From the NCBI GenBank assembly GCA_002419005.1, contig DIFF01000012.1, positions 500,241 to 564,240 of the forward strand: a stretch of 64,000 bases of DNA, given 5' to 3'. The DNA comes from Peptococcaceae bacterium UBA5755 (GTDB lineage Bacteria > Bacillota > Dehalobacteriia > UBA4068 > UBA5755). Of this stretch, positions 21,680 to 30,940 are shown piece by piece (within the stretch, counting starts at the first letter, position 1; the number at the start of each line of letters is the position of its first letter). Below the pieces are notes generated by a model. The model had not been told where the DNA came from. It ran no database searches and saw only the letters and a program-made list of their open reading frames with translations. The translations under genes were made by a program, and so were the position numbers.

Positions 21680-21863
21680 AATTTTACCCCCTTTTTAAAA
21701 TTTATCTTAGTTTAACCAATATTTACTAAAAGGCTTGTCCTATTAGTAATAATTCTATTTTAGACTAACCTTCCCTAATTAGTCAACAAAAAAATGTATC
21801 CGCAAGAAAGACCAACCGTGGTATAATGTAACCATATTTAATGAAATTTAGGAGGAATGATTT

Positions 21864-22967
21864 ATGGCGCTTTCCTGTGGGATTGTTGGCCTGCCCATAA
21901 CAGGCAAAACCACTTTTTTTAATTTGCTTACCCAGGCTGAAGCAGAAACAAGTAATTTTTTCTCCGGCAAAACCAGCACCAACAAAGGAATGGCTTATGT
22001 ACCTGATGCCCGGATTGACTGCTTGAGCAAGGTTTTTAAACCAAAAAAAACCACCTATGCACAAATTGAAATAATTGATATTCCCGGGTTGGTAGAAGGC
22101 TCAAGCCAGGGACAGGGTACCGGCAATGAGTTTTTGGCCTCGGTGCGGGATGTAGATATTTTGGCCCATATTTTGCGAGCTTTTAATAACCCGGACATTA
22201 TGCATGTAGCCGGAGATATTAACCTTAAGCGAGATGTGCAAATTATTCAAAACGAGCTATTGCTGGCCGATCTGCAGCTGATAGAAACAAGATTGAACCG
22301 TATTTTAGAAGCAAAAGGGAAAAAAAGAAAACTAGAAAATATGCTGGAAGAACCGGTGCTTTTGAAATGCCAAGCCGCCCTGGAAGAAGAAAAACCGATA
22401 GAAACACTGAACCTTTCCCAAGAGGAAAAAGATGCGATTAGCCATATTACCCTGTTAACCCAAAAACCAGTAATTTTGGTAATAAATGTGGATGACAAGC
22501 AATTGGCGGAAGAGAGCTTCCCTGGCAAGGATGAGCTATACGACTATTGCAAAAGCCAAGGGATGACACCGCCGCTTATAATTTGTGCTCAAATTGAAGA
22601 AGAAATCAACCAACTGGAATCGGAAGAAAGAGCGACCTTTTTGACCGATTTGGGCATTAGAACCCCCGGTATAAACCGGCTTGCCCAAGCTCTTTACGCC
22701 AAACTTGGTCTGATTTCTTTTTTGACAGCAGGCGAAGATGAGGTGCGGGCCTGGACCATAAAAGACGGCCTCTCGGCCAAAGCAGCTGCCGGCAAGATCC
22801 ACTCCGACATTGAGCGTGGATTTATTCGGGCCGAAACTGTTGCCTTTGCCGATTTTTTGGCAGCCGGTAGCATGGCAGGAGCCCGAGAAAAAGGTTGCTT
22901 TCGTTTGGAAGGGAAGGAATATATTGTGGCCGATGGAGATATTATCAATTTTCGCTTTAATGTATAA
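21864..22967 (+). CDS. ychF: redox-regulated ribosome-binding ATPase YchF
   Basis: The ORF is collinear with E. coli YchF (GIVGLPITGKTTFFN, the TGS domain, and DGDIINFRFNV at the C-terminus). The RBS is AGGAGG. Confidence 0.95.
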   Translation: MALSCGIVGLPITGKTTFFNLLTQAEAETSNFFSGKTSTNKGMAYVPDARIDCLSKVFKPKKTTYAQIEIIDIPGLVEGSSQGQGTGNEFLASVRDVDILAHILRAFNNPDIMHVAGDINLKRDVQIIQNELLLADLQLIETRLNRILEAKGKKRKLENMLEEPVLLKCQAALEEEKPIETLNLSQEEKDAISHITLLTQKPVILVINVDDKQLAEESFPGKDELYDYCKSQGMTPPLIICAQIEEEINQLESEERATFLTDLGIRTPGINRLAQALYAKLGLISFLTAGEDEVRAWTIKDGLSAKAAAGKIHSDIERGFIRAETVAFADFLAAGSMAGAREKGCFRLEGKEYIVADGDIINFRFNV

Positions 22968-22995
22968 ATTGGCTGGATAATTAAAGATATAATTT

Positions 22996-23026
22996 TGGGG
23001 GCTCGGCGATCGCCGAGCCCCTTTTT
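22996..23026. terminator. bidirectional rho-independent terminator
   Basis: GGGGGCTCGGCGATCGCCGAGCCCC is followed by TTTTTT. Confidence 0.8.
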
Positions 23027-23029
23027 TAT

Positions 23030-24955
23030 TTATAGTTTGTTTTGTTTTTGGATAAAAGCTACAAACTCTTCAGCAGGCATGGGGTTGGCATAGAAAAACC
23101 CTTGGACATAATCTGCTTCCAGCTTGATGACTATTCCTGCCTGGTTGTTGTTCTCTACACCTTCCACCACTATCACTAAACCAAGCCGCCTAAACATTCT
23201 TAAAGTATCTTCAAAAACAATAGAGATATTTTCTTTGCCTATTTCCGGAACCAGAAGACTGCGATCCAGCTTTACGGCAAAAAATGGTAAATTTACTACC
23301 TGAGCAATGTTGGCATAGCCTGTACCAAAATCATCCAAAGCAAAACGAAAACCTTTTTCTATTAGGTCATTCATACATTTAGCAAGAACATTATAAGAGT
23401 CTATAGCAGCAGTTTCTGTGACCTCAAAAATAATGCCGGATGGGTCTACCCCATGTTTTTCTACAATACTCCTCAACCGCTCTGGCAAATGCTGGTACAA
23501 AAAATCGGCTGCTGAAAGATTAATTTGAAGACTTTTTATGCCAAGCTCTTTTTGAGGCTGATATTTTTTTATGAACTGACAGGCTAAATTTATTACTGTT
23601 TCGTCTATCCGCAGGATTAGCCCTTTTTCTTCTGCAATTGGAATGAACTCGGCGGGAGAAATGTCACCCATAACCGGATGAGAAAATCTGAGTAAAGCCT
23701 CCGCAGAAACAATTCGTTTTTCTTTTACCGAATAAATTGGTTGAAAATAAAGCGAATAACCTTTTTGGTTTTCCAATGCTTCCTTTAGGGCAGTTTCTAT
23801 TGCAACGCGCCTTTGAATATTTAACATAAGATGGCTTTTTATCTCTTCTGTGGAACCTAGACCACCACTACCTAAATCGAAAAAGGACATATCTATAAGA
23901 TTTATCACATCTTCCGGCTTTTTAAAATAATCTGTTCTGGGAAAATGACGCACAGTAGCTGAAAGCATGAGCTCCATACCATTCATTTCCCAGGGAATTT
24001 TAAAACCTTCTTCTATTTTAGAAAGCATTTTTTGGTAAGTTGCTTGGTCATAAGTTATGATGACAAAACGTGTGCCAACCATGCGAAAAACCCAGGTGTT
24101 CTCCTTTTCGGAAAACAAAAAATCGCCCACTTTTATCATAACTTGGTTGCCAATGACCATACCAAAAAGGTTGTTGATGCGCCGCATGCCGCCGATATCG
24201 ATGGCAATAAGCTGAAACTGTTTTTTTTCTTCCAGCTTGTCCTTAAGAAAAATTAGCATAGCCTCATAATTAAAAACACCGGTCATAACATCCAACATGT
24301 CTTTGGGGTTTTGTATGGTAAAGTACATTGTAGTGATGGCAAGAGCAATCGCCACACCGGTAAGCAAGTATCTCGGATTATAAAATTGAAACATTATAGC
24401 TATTGCTATAATTATAATAAAAATAAAAATGGTTTTATACTGATTTTCCTGAAGTTTTCTTCTGTATATGTTGATGAAAATAAAAATAAAAGACATGTAA
24501 AAAGCTACAATATAATAAAGATACTTAAACCATGGCCCATGGATATAGTTCATGGATGCGTCAATATAGAAGAAAAGATTAGTTAGGGGGTTTAAAAGCA
24601 ACATGATCTCAAAAACTATGCCCGGCAAAAGCAAAAGCACAATAATAACAGCATTTTTTGCCTTAAAAATCCCCGCCATTAGCATTGCATATATCATAGC
24701 AAGGACGGAGAAAATGAGCTGCAAAGAATAAAAAGCGGCGTTTGTGACCAAATTGACCCAAATAGGCAAAAACGCCGCTTTTTCAATAGTAAAGGCACTA
24801 ATAATATCCAAGGCCAGATCAGCAATCGCACATACCAAAATAAACCCAAATAGCTTATTTGCCATATTAGGGAAAGGTCTTTTTTCAAAAAATTGCTGTG
24901 TTAATATTAAAAGAAAGACCAGGGCGCATATTTCAAATTCTACAACATATTGCAT
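23030..24955 (-). CDS. membrane sensor with a degenerate GGDEF domain and a c-di-GMP phosphodiesterase (EAL) domain
   Basis: 641 aa. The N-terminus has about 8 TM helices. The GGDEF-like domain has a GTRF degenerate motif. The EAL domain carries EALLRF...DDFGTGY. Confidence 0.85.
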   Translation of the reverse strand: MQYVVEFEICALVFLLILTQQFFEKRPFPNMANKLFGFILVCAIADLALDIISAFTIEKAAFLPIWVNLVTNAAFYSLQLIFSVLAMIYAMLMAGIFKAKNAVIIVLLLLPGIVFEIMLLLNPLTNLFFYIDASMNYIHGPWFKYLYYIVAFYMSFIFIFINIYRRKLQENQYKTIFIFIIIIAIAIMFQFYNPRYLLTGVAIALAITTMYFTIQNPKDMLDVMTGVFNYEAMLIFLKDKLEEKKQFQLIAIDIGGMRRINNLFGMVIGNQVMIKVGDFLFSEKENTWVFRMVGTRFVIITYDQATYQKMLSKIEEGFKIPWEMNGMELMLSATVRHFPRTDYFKKPEDVINLIDMSFFDLGSGGLGSTEEIKSHLMLNIQRRVAIETALKEALENQKGYSLYFQPIYSVKEKRIVSAEALLRFSHPVMGDISPAEFIPIAEEKGLILRIDETVINLACQFIKKYQPQKELGIKSLQINLSAADFLYQHLPERLRSIVEKHGVDPSGIIFEVTETAAIDSYNVLAKCMNDLIEKGFRFALDDFGTGYANIAQVVNLPFFAVKLDRSLLVPEIGKENISIVFEDTLRMFRRLGLVIVVEGVENNNQAGIVIKLEADYVQGFFYANPMPAEEFVAFIQKQNKL

Positions 24956-24967
24956 ATCTTCTCCAAT

Positions 24968-25015
24968 ATACTATGTTTATGGTATGGTATGGTATGGTAT
25001 GGTATGGTATGGTAT
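24968..25015. repeat. pentanucleotide tandem repeat (TATGG)9, also readable as (GGTAT)9, in the promoter region of the EAL gene
   Basis: Nine or more perfect 5-bp units lie immediately upstream (20-65 nt) of the EAL gene start codon on the minus strand. A TATAAT hexamer abuts the repeat. Confidence 0.9.
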
Positions 25016-25095
25016 AATATAGTTATTAATCTAACATTATATTACATATTTTCCCATAAAATGACAAGCTTTTTTAAAAAAAATTATTAATAATA

Positions 25096-25136
25096 AAAGG
25101 AAGCACCCTTTTTTGCAGTTTGCTTCCTTTTTTATT
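25096..25136. terminator. terminator downstream of the ubiX / small-protein operon
   Basis: The AGGAAGCA...TGCTTCCT hairpin is flanked by T-runs. Confidence 0.5.
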
Positions 25137-25186
25137 TTCTTTAATATTAATTCTGCGACTTGCTACCAAATTTAAAAAGACCTCTT

Positions 25187-25552
25187 CTATAAATCGGCAA
25201 TTATATCATTCAGCAATCTTTCTGCTAAGGACTTAACTAAAACCATCTGATCTTCCGAAATGTTGTTTACATGGATACCGCAAGTTACGACAATTTTTTT
25301 ATTTAAGAATGCAGCAAGTTTTTCGGCAAACAAATTACCAATTTTGTCATCCATGTGGCCCACAAAGTTGTAGGTACTGGTGGTGGCACTGATTTTTGCC
25401 GGATCACTTAAGCTAGGACGTGGCACAGCAATGCTGACACTGCCGATATGGGGCGCATCACCGCCCGAAACAACCAAGCAAAGCTCATCCCCCACAACCA
25501 AAACTTGTGCCTTAAGAGCAAGGCCATTTTCAGTTTTAGTATAGCATTTCAT
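25187..25552 (-). CDS. small conserved protein encoded 3' of ubiX (possible UbiD/UbiX accessory or prFMN-handling protein)
   Basis: 121 aa, with a 4-nt gap to the ubiX stop and on the same strand. It has no Cys zinc-ribbon of the BsdD/VdcD type. The GDAPHIGS motif is present. Confidence 0.45.
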   Translation of the reverse strand: MKCYTKTENGLALKAQVLVVGDELCLVVSGGDAPHIGSVSIAVPRPSLSDPAKISATTSTYNFVGHMDDKIGNLFAEKLAAFLNKKIVVTCGIHVNNISEDQMVLVKSLAERLLNDIIADL

Positions 25553-25556
25553 ATTA

Positions 25557-26135
25557 TCAGTCCCTTGGTTTGATTTGTTCTATCATATCTTCCCATCTTT
25601 GGATCTTCATGTTTAAATTAAACTGATCTAAAACCCGCGCGATGGTATTGTTGATTATGTCCGCTAAATTTTGCGGTTTAGAATAAAAAGCCGGTACCGG
25701 CGGCATGACAACTGCACCAAGCTGGGAAGCTTTTAGCATATTTTCCAGGTAAACAGTGCTCAAAGGCGATTCTCTGGTTAAAAGAACCAACTTTCTTTTT
25801 TCTTTTAAGGCTACGCTTGCTGCCCTAATAATCAAATCATTATCAAAACCATTGGTAATTCCCGACAAGGTTTTCATGCTGCAGGGTGCCACTATCATTC
25901 CATCATTTTTATAAGAACCACTGGAAATAACAGCTGCCATATTATCTTCGTCATAGCAAAAATCGGCCATGGCTTTTATTTCTTCAAGAGAATATCTTGT
26001 TTCATTCGCTATGGTATATTCGCCCCATTTACTAATTATTAAATGGGTTTCGACTCCCAAATTTTTTAATTCTTCTAATAATCTAATGCCATAGATGGCC
26101 CCGGAAGCTCCGGTAATTCCCACAATTATTTTCAA
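25557..26135 (-). CDS. ubiX: flavin prenyltransferase UbiX (prFMN synthase)
   Basis: MKIIVGITGASGAIYGIRLLE...the ORF is collinear with UbiX/Pad1 family flavoproteins. Confidence 0.9.
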   Translation of the reverse strand: MKIIVGITGASGAIYGIRLLEELKNLGVETHLIISKWGEYTIANETRYSLEEIKAMADFCYDEDNMAAVISSGSYKNDGMIVAPCSMKTLSGITNGFDNDLIIRAASVALKEKRKLVLLTRESPLSTVYLENMLKASQLGAVVMPPVPAFYSKPQNLADIINNTIARVLDQFNLNMKIQRWEDMIEQIKPRD

Positions 26136-26261
26136 TTTTTCCCCTCCCGCTATTTGGTGGAAGATGATTTTGTTTAAAAAGCCATACCACTATGAGCGGC
26201 ATTAAATGCCGCTCATAGCAAGTATTTACTATAGGTAATTTTTCCTAATTGTTAAGATAAA

Positions 26262-27263
26262 TTATTTCAGCAGACCTTTTTCTTTCAGATATTTGATAGC
26301 GCCATCATGTAAAGGCATGGAAGTTTGATCCCAAGCTGCCAATGCTTCAGGAGTAAACGCAGCAGTGCCAGCGTGAACGGCTTTCCAGTCTTCGATATGG
26401 GAGTACATAACATCCAAAATTTCATAAGCATCAGCCTCGGAAACAAAAGTATTAGAAACGATAGTGGTTGCTACGCCCAACACAGTGGTGTCGGTATCAA
26501 CTTTGTTGTAAGTGCCAGCCGGAATAGTACTAGTAACGAAGAAAGGCATGGTCTCAATAACTTTTGCAACTGCTTCATCGGTAACGTTGAGCAGCTTGAT
26601 GTTTTGAGACAAGGCAACCTCAGATACGCCGGAAGCGGGGAAAGCAGCAAAGTATACGCCAACGTCAATGGTGCCATCCAAGAGAGCAGTGGTGGTTTCA
26701 GCCATGCTCAGATAGTACATGTCAACATCAGCCACATCTATGCCGTAAGCTGCCAAAACACCAGGAACTGCCAGGGTGGAGATGGAGGAACCAGGAGAAC
26801 CAGCACCAAGTCTTTTGCCTTTAACCTGTTCGATGGAATCAATGCCAGAGTCAGCTCTGGTTACCCAGTGCAGATAAGAATAAGAGCCAACCATCAGGAT
26901 ACGCAGATTGGTTTGAGCACCAGCTTCTACAAATTGCTCTTCACCATGATAAGCATATTTAGCTATATCAGCAAGAACGAAAGACATTTGGCAGGTGTTG
27001 GCATTAACCAATTTAGCATTTTCTACAGAACCAGTGGTTGCTTCTACAGAAGCAGTAGTGTTTTCCATGTTTTCTTCCAAAATTTTGCCCAAGCCCCCAG
27101 CTTGAATGTAGCTAGTACCACCTTGTTGGGAACCGCCGATTGCCAACCGCAGGGTTTCAGTTCTGCCGGCTGGTTCTTCCTCTTTAGTGCAACCAAATGC
27201 AAACAACATTACAAAACATAACATAATAGCACAGAATACCATAAGCTTAGATTTTTTTACCAT
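26262..27263 (-). CDS. TRAP transporter TAXI-family substrate-binding lipoprotein
   Basis: The lipobox is LFAFGC. TAXI signatures are present: LAIGGSQQGGTSY and TGSVENAKLV. Confidence 0.85.
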   Translation of the reverse strand: MVKKSKLMVFCAIMLCFVMLFAFGCTKEEEPAGRTETLRLAIGGSQQGGTSYIQAGGLGKILEENMENTTASVEATTGSVENAKLVNANTCQMSFVLADIAKYAYHGEEQFVEAGAQTNLRILMVGSYSYLHWVTRADSGIDSIEQVKGKRLGAGSPGSSISTLAVPGVLAAYGIDVADVDMYYLSMAETTTALLDGTIDVGVYFAAFPASGVSEVALSQNIKLLNVTDEAVAKVIETMPFFVTSTIPAGTYNKVDTDTTVLGVATTIVSNTFVSEADAYEILDVMYSHIEDWKAVHAGTAAFTPEALAAWDQTSMPLHDGAIKYLKEKGLLK

Positions 27264-27365
27264 TGTTTTCCCTCCTAAATTAATTTAATTTTTTGGATCT
27301 CCACAAATTGGTTTTCCGCTAACCTTTTGCCTCCTTCCCCTCTAAAAAAAATATTGCAATGATTC

Positions 27366-29342
27366 TTATGCCTGTAGATCCGGTTCGGACACCAAACTAG
27401 AACCTTGTTTGTTCTTTTTAGCTATTCGCTTACGAAGGATAAAGATTACTACCAGCACAACTATGCCAATAATGTCGGTATAAAAACCCGGAATAACCAT
27501 CAGCAAGCTACCGGCAAAAATAACAATTCTTATAATAATATTCAATTTGCCATGTAAATATCCTTCGAGGGCTGTTACCATGAAGTACACGCCAACTATT
27601 GCGGTTAGGCAAGACCAAATTACTTGAATTGCAGAACCTTGCATTAAGAGGACCGGGTTATAAACAAAGATGTAGGGAACCAACAAACCGGGAAGAGCCA
27701 TCCTAAATGCTGTATAACCTGTTTTTGTTGGGTCAGAATCGGCAATTGCCGCCGCCGCATAGGCACCCACCGCAACTGGAGGAGTGATGTTTGCATATAC
27801 TGCAAAGTAAAGGATAAAAAGATGAGCAGCTAAAGGATAAACGCCCATTTGAATGAGAGCTGGAGCAACCAAAACAGCCAGTACAATATATGCCGCGGTG
27901 GTGGTTACGCCCATGCCCAAAAGGATACAGCAGAGCATGGTTAAAATAAGCAGAAGCAGCAGATTGCCGCCGGAAAGAGTAATCAAAAAAGAGGAAAGTT
28001 TGAGGCCCAGGCCTGTAAGGGAAAAAACACCAACAATTACACCAGCACAAGCACAGGCCATAGCTACATCAACAAGACCCCTGGCCCCTGCTACCAAAAC
28101 CATTAGGTATTTTTTTACACTGAGTCTGGTAGTTTTACGAAATAAAGAAATAATAAAGCATGCTATTGCGGCATATAAACCGGCTTTGATAGCACTAGTT
28201 TTAAAAACGCCCAGCATCAGTAATAAAAGAATAATGGGAATCAAAAATGCCCCCCCATCTTTTAAGACAACAAGAGAAGATTCCAAATTTTTTCTGCTGG
28301 TACCCAGCAAACCAAGTTTTTGAGCACGGATGTCAGCTGTTATAAAAAGTGCCGTGTAGTACAAAATAGCCGGGATGACTGCTGCCATAGCAACAGACCA
28401 ATAGGAGATGCCTAGCATTTCGCCGATGATGAAGGCTGCAGCACCCATAACAGGCGGCATAATCATGCCGCCTGCGGAAGCAACTGCTTCAACAGCCCCG
28501 GCAAATTGAGGGGTAAAACCTTCTCTTTTCATCATAGGAATGGTAAGAGAACCTGCGGTTGCCACGTTGGCAATAACACTACCAGAAATGGTGCCGAACA
28601 AACCGCTTACAACAACACCAATTTTGGCAGAGGAACCTCTCACATTGCCCAAAAGAGAATTGGCAATGCGAAAAATAAAGTCACCGCCGCCGGTTCTTTG
28701 CAGGATTACGCCGAAGATAACGAAAACTGCAACATAGGTTGCGGATACGCCCAAAGGAGTACCGAAAATACCTTCGGTAGAAAGATACATGGCGTTGACA
28801 ATACGAGAAAGACTATAGCCACCGTGCCCCACGCGCCCAGGAATAAATTGGCCAAGAAAAGCATAAAGCAAGAATATCCCGGCAATGAGCGGCATGGGAA
28901 AACCCATGACCCTTCTCGTGCCTTCAAGTACTGCAAGAGTCATTATGCAACCAAATACCACGTCTATAGTATATAGGGTACCAGCTCGAAAGGCTATGTC
29001 AAAATAGTTGGTTGCAAGATAAATACAGGCTGATACGGCTGCAGCAAAGAAGATCACGTTAAAGATCATTCTTGCTATGTTTAACGGTGTTCCTGCTTTA
29101 TCACCTTTTAATTTAAAAGGATTAAGCAAAAACACCAATGCAATCGCAAAACCCAGGTGGATAGACCTTTGTATTACAGCCGGCAACGGCACAGTAGCTG
29201 CCGTATAAAGTTGAAATACGGAAAACCCAAAAGCAATTACGATTATGGCATATTTAATAAATTTGCTAAGCTGTGTTTCCTGTTTTTTAGCCTCAAGAAC
29301 TGCACTGCCGTCTTTGTTTACTACAGTTTCTTTTTTTGTCAT
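27366..29342 (-). CDS. TRAP transporter fused permease (TAXI-associated DctQM-like)
   Basis: 658 aa with about 16 TM helices, typical of TAXI-TRAP fused permeases. Confidence 0.85.
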   Translation of the reverse strand: MTKKETVVNKDGSAVLEAKKQETQLSKFIKYAIIVIAFGFSVFQLYTAATVPLPAVIQRSIHLGFAIALVFLLNPFKLKGDKAGTPLNIARMIFNVIFFAAAVSACIYLATNYFDIAFRAGTLYTIDVVFGCIMTLAVLEGTRRVMGFPMPLIAGIFLLYAFLGQFIPGRVGHGGYSLSRIVNAMYLSTEGIFGTPLGVSATYVAVFVIFGVILQRTGGGDFIFRIANSLLGNVRGSSAKIGVVVSGLFGTISGSVIANVATAGSLTIPMMKREGFTPQFAGAVEAVASAGGMIMPPVMGAAAFIIGEMLGISYWSVAMAAVIPAILYYTALFITADIRAQKLGLLGTSRKNLESSLVVLKDGGAFLIPIILLLLMLGVFKTSAIKAGLYAAIACFIISLFRKTTRLSVKKYLMVLVAGARGLVDVAMACACAGVIVGVFSLTGLGLKLSSFLITLSGGNLLLLLILTMLCCILLGMGVTTTAAYIVLAVLVAPALIQMGVYPLAAHLFILYFAVYANITPPVAVGAYAAAAIADSDPTKTGYTAFRMALPGLLVPYIFVYNPVLLMQGSAIQVIWSCLTAIVGVYFMVTALEGYLHGKLNIIIRIVIFAGSLLMVIPGFYTDIIGIVVLVVIFILRKRIAKKNKQGSSLVSEPDLQA

Positions 29343-29366
29343 TTTTACACTCCTTTCCCTTAAATT

Positions 29367-30764
29367 TTATAAATTCAGCATTTTGCTCACTTTGTCGCTA
29401 ACCTCTTGAGGAACTTTAACAACCTTTGGAAATTCGGTATGGAAAGGTTTTGTAGCATCGATGATGACCCTGGTGGTCAACTTGCCTTTGCCGGCTCTGT
29501 TGTCTTCAGCATAAGAGCTGGGATCAAGTTGGGCACCAAAGGTGTAGGGGATCATAGAGATGTCGATATCACCTTGTACGCGAGTTGCCACTGCCCAAAG
29601 CACTTGTTCATTATCATAGATGTTGATGTCTTCATCAAAAACAAAAACGTGCTTCAAGTCATAGTTCACACCAAGAGCAGCTAAAGCTGCAAACTTGCCA
29701 TAACCTTCTACGGTTTTTTTGATGGACATGTAAAGATGATAGAAGGACGCACCAGAAGGCGGCAGATGGAGCGCTTTGAGAGTAGGAATAATCTCTTTAA
29801 CTTTTTTGTACATATGGGCTTCACGGCCTAAAACGCCGGCCAAGGTATGCTCTCTGAAGCTTGGGCGAATGTCATGATAGATGGGGTCTTTTCTCATAGT
29901 GATGGCAGTTACATGCAAAACAGCAACTTCTTTTTCAGGGCCATAATAGCCAGCATATTCGCCAAAAGGACCATCTTGAGTCATTTCACCAGGATCCAAA
30001 TAACCTTCGATAACAATCTCGGCATAAGCGGGAACATTGATATTAACGGTTTCAGCTTTAACAACCTGCAAAGGCTCGTTTAAAAGACCGCCCATGGTCT
30101 CAAGTTCATTATGTTCATCCAATTTACCACGCGAAGAAGAACCAAGGACTACTGCGGGGTGGTGGCCGATAAAGATGGCAACTTCCATACGTTTTTTCAG
30201 CTCGCAATGACGTCTATAAATGTATGCGGCGTGGGAAGCAGGGTTAACCATCCAGCTTAATGTATTTTTATTTTTAACTTCCATGCGATAGATACCAACA
30301 TTGGGCACACCGCTGTCGGGGTCAATGCAAATCAGGTTGCCGCTGGAAATGTATCTGCCGGAGTCTAGCTCATTATGAATACTGATAGGAACTTGATCTA
30401 AATCAATTTTGTCACCAGTAAAAATTTGTGCTTTCACAGGGGCATCTGCTTTGGCAATTTCTTGCATGGGCAGAGGATTAGATTCACGTTTAATGTAGGT
30501 TTGCAGAATTTCTTCATGCTCATTGCCGTCAACATCCAAAGCATGACCCAAAAGTTCATAGCTTGCAAAAAGGCTGGAAACCATTGGCATGGGAGATTTT
30601 TCTACGTTTTTATAGAAAACTACGGGGTATTTACCTTTAGCAGCTAAAAGCTCTTGGACAGCACCTATCTCATAGTCGCGATCCAATTTTTCTTCTACTT
30701 CAAAATATTTTTCCGGATATTGGGTTTTGATTTTGTTTAAAAAAGTGCGCAGATCTTTTTGCAT
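29367..30764 (-). CDS. UbiD-family (prFMN-dependent) reversible decarboxylase
   Basis: 465 aa. UbiD-family motifs are present from the N-terminus through the C-terminal region. The first gene of the operon. Confidence 0.9.
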   Translation of the reverse strand: MQKDLRTFLNKIKTQYPEKYFEVEEKLDRDYEIGAVQELLAAKGKYPVVFYKNVEKSPMPMVSSLFASYELLGHALDVDGNEHEEILQTYIKRESNPLPMQEIAKADAPVKAQIFTGDKIDLDQVPISIHNELDSGRYISSGNLICIDPDSGVPNVGIYRMEVKNKNTLSWMVNPASHAAYIYRRHCELKKRMEVAIFIGHHPAVVLGSSSRGKLDEHNELETMGGLLNEPLQVVKAETVNINVPAYAEIVIEGYLDPGEMTQDGPFGEYAGYYGPEKEVAVLHVTAITMRKDPIYHDIRPSFREHTLAGVLGREAHMYKKVKEIIPTLKALHLPPSGASFYHLYMSIKKTVEGYGKFAALAALGVNYDLKHVFVFDEDINIYDNEQVLWAVATRVQGDIDISMIPYTFGAQLDPSSYAEDNRAGKGKLTTRVIIDATKPFHTEFPKVVKVPQEVSDKVSKMLNL

Positions 30765-30940
30765 GTTATTCCTCCTTAAAATAAATTACTTACTTAAAAG
30801 TAATTAAAAACATATTTAAATTTTTTTTGCCCCCCTCTTTGATTTAGTTTACTTTCTTTTAAAAACCTGGCCCAGGTAAAATAACTTTATTTAACGTTTT
30901 TAACAAACAAAAATATCCTTGCACACAAGAATTTTTTTGG

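Noticed and set aside
26325-27221. A plus-strand 298-aa ORF antisense to the TAXI lipoprotein gene
   Set aside because: Its translation is low-complexity and Ser/Gly/Asn-rich with no homology. The minus-strand TAXI gene has a lipobox and clear family motifs.
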